Source: Tubiluchus corallicola
Lineage: Eukaryota > Animalia > Priapulida
Length of the DNA stretch: 64,000 nucleotides
Assembly: GCA_030141605.1 (NCBI GenBank)
Contig: JAQGDQ010000089.1
Coordinates: forward strand, 310,001-374,000
Reading direction: 5' to 3'
The notes beneath the pieces were generated by a model that worked only from the letters and a program-made list of their open reading frames with translations, had not been told where the DNA came from and did no database searches. Position numbers and translations under genes: made by a program. Positions within the stretch are counted from its first letter, which is position 1. The number at the start of each line of letters is the position of its first letter. Shown here piece after piece: positions 27,583 to 40,912 of this stretch.

Positions 27583-27733
27583 CTTTGACACCACAATGTT
27601 CTGTAGACGAAGAATTTCTAAACCGTCTTTTGTATATAACATGAGGTTTCTGAGACGTCTCGTCAAGACTGGAAGACGTTGACTTAAGAGGTTCTACAAA
27701 ATACTCCTCTGTGCTGGTCCTGAAGCTGCCAAA
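27583..27733 (-). CDS. ADAMTS-family metalloprotease, coding exon 3 (propeptide C-terminal part)
   Basis: FGSFRTSTEEYFVEPL...KPHVIYKR...HCGVK continues CHGL in phase 0 (compare ADAMTS9 LGTFRSHDGDYFIEPL...KPHIIYRR). Acceptor ttcttctgtttcag|, donor AAAG|GTAAGG. Length 151 nt, ending in phase 1. Confidence 0.92.
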
Positions 27734-27800
27734 CTGAAACAGAAGAACAAGAGTGGTATAACTAATATCAATGAAGCACTGCATTTAAAAATTGTTATAG

Positions 27801-27896
27801 TTGATGACGATGACAACGACGACGACGATGATGATGATAATGATGATGACGACGACGACGACGACGACGACGATGATGATGATGATGATGATGATG
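27801..27896. repeat. (GAT/GAC)n microsatellite next to the exon 3 acceptor
   Basis: Read directly. A second degenerate tract lies at 27988-28055. Confidence 0.95.
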
Positions 27897-29586
27897 GTCA
27901 GTGAGCTGCTGCAGATGCTGGTAACGATATGTAAAATAATTCATTTACGATCCAGCAAATTACAATACATTACAATCATACACATGTATGATGACGATAA
28001 CAATGACGACGACGACTACAACGACGACGATGATGATGATAAGAATGACGATAATGAAGTTTCGATAAAAAGGACACCGACAACGACGACTACGCCCTCC
28101 TGACCAATATTACTATAACGTTAGTCAAAAATAAGGTTATCAAACTCATATGCAATTATTTTAATTCACATCAAGAAAGACGCACATAGCGATGTTGTAA
28201 CAGATACTATTTAGTACCCCTTTGGTTCAGCATAATATACAAGCTTGCCATCAAAGGCAGCTTTGCTTAAATGTACAATATTTACTGCAGTTCAGCATTA
28301 TAAACTAACACAGCACCCCTGGTGATAGTCACCCAATATTTTACCCGTGCAGTTGCGGTTAGGATGGAAATAAACAAAAAGCTGCGAACTTGTTGTCAGA
28401 ATGGTTTTTCGGAAAACTAAACAAAGCAAAGGCAAGCGGTCATGGAGCGGAAATTCCCTAAACCTGAAAGTTTTATAAACACGGTAGTAAACAGGATTTC
28501 AGCTGTTATCATCTATCATTGGTAATGTTTCTTGCAAAAACTATAGTGGACTCGGGCTACAGAAGAATGAGCCGTTAAGTAAAATACCTCGTTAATTAAA
28601 ACTAACGAGAGGCGACAAACATTTATTATGGGTGAAAGTTCTGGCATAAATCACTACTAGTGGACATAGCAAACTCTCTCTGGTGTATCTCATGATCTGC
28701 CTCTTCCTTTTTGTCTTCTTTTCTTCTCTTTGTAATTCGGATGGACTGAAGTTCTATTCGCATTCAGTGCAGATCCTGAACTAGAGACGGTTTCGTACCA
28801 AATTCAGTATGAAGTTCTGCACCAAGTTTAGGTTTAATACGAACTTACGTCGTACGATTTCAAGTGGTTCTTTTCACAGACAGACAGAAAAATTGACACC
28901 TGACAAGACTGGCCAATAGGTAAGAATGGACAGTAGACAAAACAAACTGACAAGAGACAAGTACTGTTACCATATTTATATAGCTTAATATAAAACAAAA
29001 AAAAAACGCTAATAGCTCAAGTAGACAGGGTGACCGAGCGAGTAGTTGAAGTTTTATCTCTGGCGAGGATTCAAATACAGACCAAGATTTGACCTTGAAA
29101 ATCAATAACTCACTCGCGGTTCTTTCAGCAGTTAAGAATCACTGGATGAATGTTCATAACAGGTGTCAAATTAAAGAGGATAAAACTTGGAGAGATCATT
29201 TTCAAGATTTTCTCTTTGTAAGGCATGTTAGCCATGTTTGCATAACTGATAACAACCTGTAAACTGTCAAGCTCAGCCAGCCTCCTTTTCAATGTTCAAT
29301 TTTACAAATAGCGAAAGTAAAATGTTTTGTTGGATCGAATCATCATCAAAAACGAATTAGTACAGATAAAAATAATAAGAAAGTCCTACAATAGAGAAAC
29401 GAAAAGGCAAGGCGTTTTTGTTCTGTAACAAATCTGTTATGATTTTAACGTGGTCTCTGGTGAGCACCCGGATTAGTATGCTTGCTGAACTCTGCGATTT
29501 TCTGTCTTTTCTCTTCTCTTTCTTCAAAATTTTAAAGATAGTCCATACTGCATACTGTTATATTAATGTCTTTTAACTGGGAGGTG

Positions 29587-29733
29587 GTGCTGACAAGCCA
29601 CTAGCGTAACAGTGTTTAGTTTTTTGCTGGATTACTGCTGCGGTTACCTGCCTGAAGGGCAGATTTCTTTTATTTTAGAATTCTGCCTGCCCAACGTCTA
29701 CAATAGACGTGACGGGCGTATGATGATGATGAT
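29587..29733 (+). repeat. Interspersed retroposon 3' end with (ATG)n tail, copy 1
   Basis: Aligns with 61469-61617 (GTGCTGACAAGCCACT...TTTTTTGCTGGATTA...GGCAGATTTCTTT...GTCTACAAT) and ends in a TGATGA tail. Confidence 0.7.
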
Positions 29734-30396
29734 TTCACTTGATGTGTTTTTATACGGGAACCCAATGATTATTTTTAGTTTACTCACCTGGAAACATATA
29801 TAGCTAAAAGATACTGAAAGTATTTTATTCTGCAACTTACATTATTTTTCTTTAATCAACTTTTGTATAATTGTGTTAAGTTTCTGATATGGTGATGTAG
29901 AACTTAAGTTAAATGCTTTGTATATTTTAGAGTCAATTTTACTTTAGCTGAGAATACATCTTGGCAGAGGTCAAAATGTCCTTACGGATAGTTTTTTAAA
30001 TAAATTTTAAGATAATTTAATATATAATGATCGTGAAATAGAACCACCATTTTGGGTAATCAAACACGACCAAAAAAAGAAATGTGAGACTGTCAGGAGT
30101 GAGCTTGTTTTTAAACCAGAGACATTTGGATTAGTAAGCCATGACCACTAGACTCCACATCTCCTTGTGATAATGACAGGTTTCACTCAATCCTAATGGC
30201 TCACAAGCAATACCTGCCAATTTCAAGTGTTAGTTTACCAATGCTAAGGCAATTACTAACTGGATTAATTTTTTGCGATTCATTTTGAAATTATCTGCGG
30301 GTGTAAATTATTCAAAGTGTCATTTAAAGATAGTATTATGCTATTTATAGTAATTATTAATTATTCCATCATTAATAAATAATATTGAACAAGGGA

Positions 30397-30464
30397 CTGA
30401 GTAGTTTAGTGGACAGGATACTGGACTCGTAATCCAAAAGTTCTTGGTCAAATTCAGGCTCAAT
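30397..30464 (+). pseudogene. tRNA-Thr(CGT)-like degenerate sequence
   Basis: TAGTTTAGTGG A box, TGGA-CTCGTAA-TCCA anticodon stem-loop, and a degenerate B box. A homologous inverted copy lies at 30098-30160. Confidence 0.45.
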
Positions 30465-30627
30465 AATGACTTTTTTTGTATTTCCTTTCTTTTCCGTTGT
30501 CTAGTTTACGAAAATACAAATGTCAGTATATGGCATCACTGTGTTGTTTTTTGTGTTAAAAATTAAATTTTTTGACCATTTTACCCACGACAGACTTGTT
30601 GTTAATTCGGCGATGTTCTGTGTGGTG

Positions 30628-31100
30628 CGCTGCTGCAAAGCTGTAGCATGCGGAAGTTGCACGGCGGTTTGTTGCAAAGCTGAAACATGTAGTGGATTGT
30701 TGCAAAGCTGCAAGATGTGGAAGTTGCATGATGGTTTGTTGCAAAGTTGCAACATGTGGAAGTTGCACGGCAACTTGTTAGAAAGCTGTAACATGGAGTG
30801 GGTTGCTGCCAAGCTGCAACATGTGGAAGTTGTATGGCGGTTTGATGCAAAGCTGCAACATGTAGCGGGTTGCTGCAAATCTGCAACAAGTGGAAATTAC
30901 ACAGCAGCTTGCTGCAAAGCTGCAACATGTGGCAGTTGTAAATGCCAATGTTTTGTACTGTGGGTTGTTCAATGTTCAACTACATGCGGCAGTCGCAGGC
31001 GGCATTGTTCATGCGGTGCATTGTTGCAAACACGCAACACGAGGCAGCGGCAGACGGTTATTTTCTATTATGGTGGGCTGTTGTAAAGCTGCAACATGAG
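30628..31100. repeat. Degenerate ~28-39-bp minisatellite (TGCAAAGCTGCAACATGTGGAAGTTGCA)
   Basis: About 9 recurring TGCAAAGCTGCAACATG cores. Confidence 0.85.
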
Positions 31101-34099
31101 GCAGTCGGAGACTCCCATCATAATAACTCGATGTTTATCATCTTGCGGTTAAGGGAAAGTATTTACTGTTACGTCTCAACAACTGGCAAAAATGCTCTAA
31201 TTTAATCCGTCTTCAACCCTTAATGAAATCATGCTGTGGATATCTTCACCGGAATTCAGAAACTGTGAAGCGCCTGGATCAATGGAGGAGGAAGCTTTTA
31301 CGATGGACGAGAAAGTAGAAACAGAAAAAAGGACCGAACAGAGGAGAGTGTAAAAGAGTGAGAAAGAGTAAGAGAGAAACAGAGAGCGAGGAAGGGAGAA
31401 AGGGGTGGCGGTAGATACAGAAAAAAGGAGAGATCACTTTGTTACAATTAAGGATTAGTCGTCGTTTTTATGGCAGACGCAAACGTCTTTAAACCGATAA
31501 TTCATCATCATTACATACGATAATCTACAAATTGATGAAGCACTGAACAGATTTCGATGCTGATGATGATAACGATGATGAAGTTGAAGATTTGCTGATT
31601 GATAATCAATGTTTATTGGCGACGACAGCAATTAAAATATTTGGTCTATGATAACAATTCTGTTGCTGCTGCTAATGATGATATTAATAACACTGATGAT
31701 AATGATGGTGATAATAATTATTGTGAACAAGAAGAAAAAAAGAAGATGATGATGACAGACGAAAGTGATAAAGTGTAGTAAAATCCCTTCAAATTCTGCA
31801 AACTATTTTTCTTTTCAAACAAACTGAAACTCTCTTTGAAGTCTGTAGTCTCTGTTGGACCGGTTAACGAATTCAAGTTTAAGCTTATTCGTGCAGTTTT
31901 TTTAAGAATATAAACTGTCTTAATCATTACAAACGATCTCACTGACATTGTTAGTGGTGTTAGAAAGTGAAAAATTAAGTCCTGTCTTTTTAGTTTTTAA
32001 ATGTGCATTTAACGAATATCTTTTTTCAATTGAGACTGATGCAAGATTATCCGAATAATTAGAAAAATCGAATACTTGTAAATTTCGCATGCATACATGT
32101 GCTCCTACCCTAAACACGCATGCTGTATGTAATGTATATTCTCCTCCAGGGCAGTGAAAAGCGCATGCAGGCGGTTATTCGACTTTGTGAGATACATGGC
32201 CATGAAGCTGTTCAACTAATCAAACGTGTAATGAATATCCAATCAAACGTGTAATCAATATCCAATCCGCTAATCAGTCGGATCCGATTCCCGATATACG
32301 TTCATTTTCGCTTTTCCAAGGAAGATGGTCCTATAATATTTTATAGGGGGTATTAATGGTTGCGATAAATGTTGTAAAGCCGTCAGTCAAAAAGTTCAAG
32401 CTAGTGTCACACTTAAACACTGAAATTACACAAAAAAAACGTTGATAAACTTCACTGCTGGTGTTGCCCTCGTCAGCACCTGTTGCAGCTACAACTGTTG
32501 TTGTTGTTGTTGTTGTTGTCTTTCCTGTTACTCTTGTACTTGTCGGTTTTTGTTGCTGTATTTTTTCCGTTTTCTTGTTTCGTCACCATCCTTGCTGCTG
32601 TTAGTAAATTTTTGCAATAATTCAAATCCAAAAAACAAAACTGCTCCATCCAAGGTAGTGCCATTGTTACTTTTATTGTTACTAGAATGAGCTGCCCAAA
32701 GTACTATCTCCAATCAAATACTATCTTTTGGCAGGTGATTTGAAAAAAAGTTATGTAGGGAACAGGCGTGTGAGCCTGTGTTGTTGCCGGATGCCCTGTC
32801 GTCTATACAATCGCTTAGGTATAGAATGTTGGATTGTCGTGCCCTTTTCATCAAGGCGAGACTCACAACCTCAATAATTTTATGACGTCTTATAATAGCT
32901 TTTGTAATTATTCCTTGCTGACGCTCTTCTTTTTCAGTTTAAATTTTTTGTAAAGTATAGCTGTTTTTCGCACAGACCTAGAACACTGTTTGAAACGTTT
33001 CCGCAGAAGAAACAAAAAATTGCGAAAACCCAATAAAATCATCACCCAATAGAAATGAAGCCATGCTAACACCGCCCACCCATTCATCAAATGAAAATCT
33101 GCGTTCTAGATACCATCGTTCCTGACCACCACGTTCATCTAGTTCAAAGATCGAGCGACAAGATAAGATTCCAGGCCATTAACATGTCGACTTTACTAGG
33201 CTATGTGACGCTTCATCTAGTCAGCGAAGCCAAGTTCAACGACGCGACCAACGGGAAAACCCATAACTCCGACATCCTAATTTTGCTTGAATTTTGTTAA
33301 TTTCACACCAAATTCAAATACTGGTTTCCTCCTCAGATCGTGTTAGAAATATTTTGCTGCTTACCTTGCTCAAGTTGATTGATAGTGATAGTATCGTTTA
33401 CGTTATGCATTTTATCAAGTTCTCTTTAATTGGGTAGTAATTATGCATCAGCAGTAAAACAAAATGTCCATAATGAAACAGAGATCAGAACCAAAAGTAC
33501 TGTAGATGTTCGCCGGGTGTTTCAGAGTAACTTGTTACAAACGGGGTTGGTTTTGTTGTAAACATAGGATCTAGGCATGATCTGGCTGACATAATTTAGC
33601 CTGCAAGAGCTCACCGTAGTGTCAACATACGTAAGTCTAGAGTATTGTGGACTACAGCCAAGTACCGGTTGATGGCAGTGTTCGGCGAATCTGACACCAA
33701 CAGAAGAATTTCAATGCCGGATTTTGGCGTAATTTACTGGCAAAACTGCAACTTGGTGGCAACACCAGCGCGGGGTAGCAGTGAAAACTGGTAGCAGCCA
33801 TCGAACAATGAAGCTGACAAGATTCCTTTTACGACAAGTCTGGGCGGCCTCGATATCAAAATGGCTTCTTTTGTCAGTGAAGCCCGACCATACAGCAATG
33901 AGATCATCAATCAATGATCCCTAATAGGTATGCCATGGACTGTGGAACTGACACAGATATGGTTGGGGGGTTGATGACCTGCCGGGTCTGAACTACATTT
34001 CCCTTGTCAATGAATTACACGTGGTAAACGGATGCCTATTTAAAAACTCGTGAAGCCAAAAGTAAAGAAAACCGACAATGTACTTATCAGTTGGCTAGC

Positions 34100-34420
34100 G
34101 TCCAAAAAAAAGCTGGAAGGTCGGAATAACAGAGCACAAGGAGGAAGTCGGTGGAAAGGATGAAGTCGATAGACTGCAGCAATAGAGAAGGCACAACTGT
34201 AGAAAATGCAAAAATCACATTTTGATGGACTGGAGACTGGAATGGGCTGGACATGTGGTTACCACTGGTTAGTGGGAAAAGTACAGTTCATTGATACAGC
34301 TCAGGCAAATGTATTAATGTTAAAATCAACACAGCTCGGTCGTCACTTCACAGTTTCTTCGACAAAATTAAGAGAAGATGTTAGGAGCAAAAGAGTAATA
34401 CAAGTAAGGGGAGGCTATAT
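34100..34420 (+). mobile_element. RTE-like LINE 3' relic
   Basis: RLEWAGHVV at 34234-34260 matches the R.RWAGHV motif. Confidence 0.45.
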
Positions 34421-37400
34421 TTACCTGATAAATTTAATGAAAGAAAGAAGAGATTTAATGCAAACGTAATTTGATAATGAGAAACGGCGATGAAAAAACA
34501 AGTATTTTTTGGAATAATTAACTTTTACGGTTCTAAGTGTGACAGGAAGCCAGTTGCTCCGAGTCATAGCTGCATGAGCGACAACATCATTAAGACCATC
34601 AAATGTTACTGTGGATCCTAGGATAATACAAATCTGTTGAATTCGTGTAGAACTGCATGCCTTACATTTTCTGAAAAGAGATACAATCATTAACCTCAGG
34701 ACCCCAGGAGAAGAGTTCACCTCCTTCCGGAAATGCAAACACGAGACGAAAAGTCTCGGATCTCTTGCTAAACTTTTTTCTTCAACTATACAAAGTAGGA
34801 TATTGGTGTAAAAACTTTTATAATCTTTTTACGGTTCCAGAGCAGTGAATTTAGTGCAATGTTTACGACTGACAGTGATTTATAGAAGAGCGGAGAAGGC
34901 AGGAAATCTTGATGTCTACCAAGAAGCGTTTACAAGTCTGCGAATCTGACACGATCTCTGAAGGAAGAAGTCTCTTAATGAAGCCAGTAGGGCATACTGA
35001 GAAGAGACGGGTTATTCCAGGAAAATTACTGGCGAATTCACTAGTAATGTACTGTTTGTATGAAGACTTTTTCTATATGACTACTGACTGAGAGTATTGC
35101 ATTCCTACAACGTTTTAAACATTATAGTGAAACCTGCTCCAAACGGTCAGATGGATCTTTATAACATCGTTGGTGCTTCAGTTTGGGATTGACGCCCACC
35201 AGTACAGCCACTGTACTGCACAAACTTTTTAAAAATAGACATAAACTAGCCCAACTCGATTCAGTTTTTCCTTTCTTTTCTTTTCCACTACCTTTATACT
35301 TTCTTCTCTCCTAAATCCAAATGCACCAAGAAGAAGTTGACAGGGTCTTATTATTGTAGCTAAATGGTCTTTAGCGCCAGAAATTCTGTGTCAATGCAAA
35401 TAAATTATTTCATGCGCAAACCCAAGCAATCGTAATAGTGTTAGTTACCCCTGTACATTTAACCTATAATAGTCACATGTGTAAAGAGATTTACCGTATA
35501 TTAATCATGTGCTACTGCAACCTGTAAACTACCTACAGAACGATGCTACTCAAGCAAGGTTGCCAGTTGCAGCACTTTACAAAAGGAAGTTAACAAGTTG
35601 GGCTCATAAAATGATACGTGCACAGTGTATTTAACTGAATTAATCTGGTAATCTAGGACACAAGCTGACTTTTTCCCCTTCTACATATGATCGAGTTTAT
35701 TGTTTCACTGAGATAAGGTATTACGCTGAGCAAATCACACTTTCTTCAGGGTCCAAAATAAAATTATCATTGATATTACTGTACGCAGCTAAATCTTACC
35801 TACACAGGTAAGACAACAAAATAGGAAAGCTAACCTCGTAAAAAACAGGCCCTATTTGTTTTATTCCAACAGGCACATTCATGGGACTACTCTAACTAAT
35901 GCTAAGCTTATAACATCCCACATAGAACATATCTGGCGTGGGCCCCCAGACCATGGACATTAGCTATCTATAAATATCAACTTTATTTTCTGAGTGGCCA
36001 TTTGCCTGGCTGCGGCCAGAGAAATGTATACACAACTAGATGCACATGTCAAACACGGAAGAAAACGGCTGTAATGTATCGGTTACTATCCGCCCGGGTT
36101 TCCACCAGTGAAATTTTCTAGTTGTTACACAGCACGTCAAGAGCTCTAGGAGTAGGTTTAATTTGGTGTTTTGACAGTGTACAACTGCTTTGAGGCTGTT
36201 TGAAAAAGTGTTAAGCGATTGAACAGATCCGTCGTCGAAATAGTGGCCATGACTTCCTTAGTTTGCAAGCAATGCACTATTTTCGTTCTTGCACTAGCAA
36301 TTTAAAACTTACTAGGTCTAAATTATGTATGTTCTACAACTACGTAATAAAGTAATTGTCTAAGATTCAGAATTCTTGTGTAGGTTGTCTAGTGGCAACG
36401 ACAAGGCTTTATGTAAAAACTGGTTAATGGCATTATTCAGCAATGGCTCACAGGAGTAAATAGACTAAGCTGTTGCTTCAAAACTATAATTTTGTCATGA
36501 ACGGTTTAACATTCTGCAGTCCACATTAATAGTATACACGATTCTGTGTTAAAAGAGTTTTGGTATACATTCTAGTTTCAGTTCTTTACCTGGCTTTTTT
36601 CTGCCTCATTCTACCATTCTCTAAACTAAACTTTTTATTAGTAAACAAAAGTGAAACTGACGTGTTGCACTCCTCTCTAGTAAACACTACGTTTTTGCAG
36701 TCTCCCTTTTCCTGCTGACTTAGTAGCACCACATCATCCGGGGAGTTCCCTCAATGCAGCTGTCGTTTTTGTCTGTCTGGCTAGTCTGCAGGCTTGCAGC
36801 TGTCACGGGGGTGAAATAATTTCGTTATGAGGTACAAATTGCACGACAAACGATGCACGCGAACACGTGTGCACGCAAGCACGCATGCGCACGCGAGGTC
36901 TAACTGCTTCCACCAGCAAGGTGTGAGAAAACACTGGTAATTAAAATGTTTAAAAGTGTGAAAAGTAACAAATGTTGTGGTTAAAAAAGGATATGTGTCA
37001 ACGCTTTGAATAAAAATACGCAGGTGTGAACGATAATAAACAAGCACTCATCACTTTCCTTCGCTATTACTTCATGATATATTGATGTAAGTAACAAAAG
37101 TAACACAAGTACCTTTTGCTACTTGTAGCAACTAACACCGAACTACTTGTACAACAAAACTTAACAGAGCTTTGATTTTGGTATATTTTCATACTAGAAC
37201 TAGAACTGCATTTTCACCTATAAACAATTGCTTAAATTGAATGTGCACTTCAACCGATTAGTGCAAAGTGCTCTCAGGGACTACTACATTTGCTAAAATA
37301 ATGTTGGTTTTTCTCAGGATATACCTGTTCTTCTTTAACATTAAAGCATTTAATTGCTTATAATCTTAATTTTAAGAATATCAATTAATGTTTGAAGGAA

Positions 37401-40400
37401 CAACTATGTTCTTTTAGTCAGTAAAGGAATTCTGGTCAGCCTTCTTGTCAGTTAGGCTTGTTTCAATGTTGGCGAAACAAGTTAGAAGAATTCAGTAATT
37501 CTGACAGGGGGACGGACGCTCACAATTTGAACGCCCATTCTTCCACTAATGACGTTTATAAAATCGGCTGAAAAAAGTAGGACACTATCAATTTCGGCCT
37601 AAAGTGTAATAAGTTTGCACGAACGTTAAGTAAGCTGCGGAAGTTCGAATTTAACCTTACACAAAGTCACGATGCGCCTAGCAGAAGTCGCGAAGTCCAC
37701 CAGTTACGTCACAATTTCCAAGTGAATGGCAGCAACCACCACACCTGATAATTTTTATACAGCGGTAGTATAAATTAACTTTATACTTTGTAAACAGTTC
37801 TTTTTGCAAATTTCTTTCAAATTCTTTGTTATATTTTTCTAAGTTTAACTGATAAAATAAACCCAATATTCTAAGTGATTTGTCTTTTCCTTTAACTTAA
37901 ATTGCTAGTAAAATGAATGGTACTGATTTCATATATACAAATCTGAATCCTGCAAGACGAAATCCAACATTTAACAATGGGCCTTACTCAGATAGGTTAT
38001 AAGTGGCGAAGACGGGACATGACTCCATATCAGACAATTGCATTTAAGATGAGCCACTGACTTTTGTCGTTTAAAAACTAAAAGTCATTATTTAGGTACT
38101 AGTTATATACACAACAATTATGAACAATATGCAAAAATACGTATTTTTCAGGAAAAAAGAAAAAGACTGAACTTTCCTACTATAACAATACTGATTCGGT
38201 GTAGTCAAACTGGGGTATCCTTACCACCCCCCTTGTTGGCGTGGGACACAAGGTCGCGGCTATTGAACACAAGAGAACAAAATATCGAAAGCTGTGTCTT
38301 TGACAGGAAGACATCAACATAATTTCCGCTCGAGTAAACTGTAGAAATTGTTTGCAACAATAGTACAAGAGCCGGCGGTACCGGCAAACACAGTGAACCA
38401 CTAGTCAACAAAGGAGCTAATGTTGATCTTTTACAACAAAAGGTTATAACTGTCATTTAAAGAAATTTTGAATATATGCATTTGAATTATAAGTTGTCAA
38501 AAAGATTAACTGCTACATAATTATAGGTACTACACTTGTTGTGGCTTGCAAGATGTTGATCACATTCAAGTTTTAGAATCATTAATTAGAACATGACTTA
38601 CGCCTTCGTGCTTACAGGTAGTGTAAAACAACTTTTACTCTAAGCTAAAACAACGTCTCTATGGAAAAATCGACTTGTATCTGAGGTAACGAAGCAACTG
38701 GCATAATATATTTAAAAAAGTAAACAAAACTTTTGTAATTATTTGCCCTTTGTTTGAGAATTTTACAGTGGCTCTTGTACAAAACCAAAATCTGCAGTAA
38801 TTTTTTATGTGTTTGTTCTTCTGAAAGCTTGTTTTCGTCATTTTTGCGCACTGGTCAAAATTGAAACAAAAGCATGTATAGCAGAAGCAGATGCGCACAC
38901 AAGAAGCAAGCACTTTGTTTATTAGTTACTCGGAGAATAGGCGCATGGGGCTTAATATTACGTATCATCCATAATAACGTTTATTCCTTACCAACATTGC
39001 TAGTGCATTGTCAGCTCATCAGCCAAAAACAAGCTGTTAAATGTAATCATAAGGTAAATATTGTTAATCTGTAAATAAATTACAAAGTACTGAATCTATA
39101 TACCGTTTAACATGTAAAAACATATAGAGCGCCCGAGGTTTAAACATAACTTGGGATGTAGCCGTATCTTAAACCCAGAGGAAGTTAATATTTATTAATT
39201 AGCACATACAGAATGTTATCAATTATCAAGCAAAACCGAAACAAGTTTATGTCCAAAACTGTTTACTTTGCGTGCGTGTGGGTCATCAACGAAAGATTTT
39301 GCTGGCCTATTGACCACTAGCTCTGTTCAAGGACACGCACTCACCTCAGAGGGCAAGAAGTTTAAGAACTAACAGGTAACTGAGCACTATAGGTGGTCGC
39401 AGGATACACGACTGTGGCGTCCCTAATAACATTTTACAGTAATTCTATGCTTTAATCAGTTGATGCAAGGTTGGGAGATGCGCGTTTTTGTTTCACTGAC
39501 AAAGACCAAGTAGTTCTTGAACCACATTAACCATAGTTAAAATACAAAGAGAAAAAATCACAAATTTCATTCACAAGCGTTGCATCACGACATGACAACA
39601 AACAGCATCTCACTTGAATAAATAATCATTTATTATGTCGTGAATTTGTGTAAACAACAGCAACTATCATAATCATGTATGTGGTTACTAAACAGCCAGT
39701 GATAGCTAAAATTCTGCTACCTTTTAGTTACAAACTTGTATCATTCGCTTTAGGAAAGTTTAGTCACGTTCAAACAGATTTTCATTCAATATAATCAAAA
39801 TCAAGATGAAACCACACACACAAGTGGCATGACTAACTGTATAACTGCAACTGCATATTATTACCAATTGAAAGACAGAGCCGCTATCTGAACTAACATT
39901 AAAACGTAAGATTTTTTTAGATACCAACTTTAACACACAAACCTACTGCAAAACAATCATGCATAAGGTCACCATTGCCAAAACCTCAGATAAAGTAGGT
40001 AAACTCAGACTAGATAAAGTCACAAAATGAAGAATTAACCATAAAATTACCAATTCCTAAGTTCTAATACACAAAATAAAGTCACAAACTGCAGTACACA
40101 ACCACATACAACATCAATAATCACAAGACATAATCCCACATGCAATGTTACAAACTCCAAAAGATAGCCACTCTAAGAGACAACATCACGTGATGTCACC
40201 TAATAAAACACAAGAACAAATACGGTCGCCAACTCCACGCCACAACTTCATATAAAGTCACCACTCACTGTTTGCAATGACACAAGCTTACCGATAAAAA
40301 TCATAGAATCACACAATGTAAGATACAACAACAACTACATATCCGCTCACAAACAACACCTAACATACACCCACAAGGCAAAGTGAAAAGCTCAAGGAAC

Positions 40401-40405
40401 AATTA

Positions 40406-40912
40406 CAAGTAAGGTCACAGTTTGAAGATACAAGTACATGTATCATACAACTACAAGTAAGGTCACAACCTCAAGATACAAGTACAATTATATCATACAA
40501 CTACAAGTAAGGTCACAACTTAAGATACAAGTACATGTTTCATACAACTACAAATAAGGTCACAATCTCAAGATACAAATACACGTATCATACAACTATA
40601 CGTAAGATCACAATCTCAAAATACAAGTACATGTATCATACAACTACAAATAAGGTCACAATCTCAAGATACAAGTACACGTATCATACAACTACAAGTA
40701 AGGTCACAATCTCAAGCTACAACTACAGGTATCATGCAACTACAAGTAAGGCCACAATCTCAAGATACAAGTACATGCATCATACAACTACAAGTAAGGT
40801 CACAACTTAAGATACAAGTACATGCATCATACAACTACAAGTAAGGCCACAATCTCAAGATACAAGTACATGCATCATACAACTACAAGTAAGGTCATCA
40901 ATCCAAAGATAC
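40406..40912. repeat. 48-bp minisatellite, ~10.5 copies
   Basis: Unit CAAGTAAGGTCACAATCTCAAGATACAAGTACATGTATCATACAACTA. Degenerate units extend upstream to ~39950. Confidence 0.95.

Noticed and set aside
27801-28103. Poly-Met/Thr/Asp ORF
   Set aside because: (GAT/GAC)n microsatellite in the ADAMTS intron.
30501-31099. Cys-rich 188-aa ORF and overlapping ORFs (metallothionein-like appearance); repeats with palindromic cores resembling CRISPR
   Set aside because: These are by-products of a degenerate minisatellite open in several frames on both strands. There are no unique constant-length spacers and no cas genes, and the context is eukaryotic.
40535-40810. ORF with 16-aa repeats (HTTTNKVTISRYKYTY)
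   Set aside because: Translation of the 48-bp minisatellite. Neighbouring units contain stops and there are no supporting splice signals.
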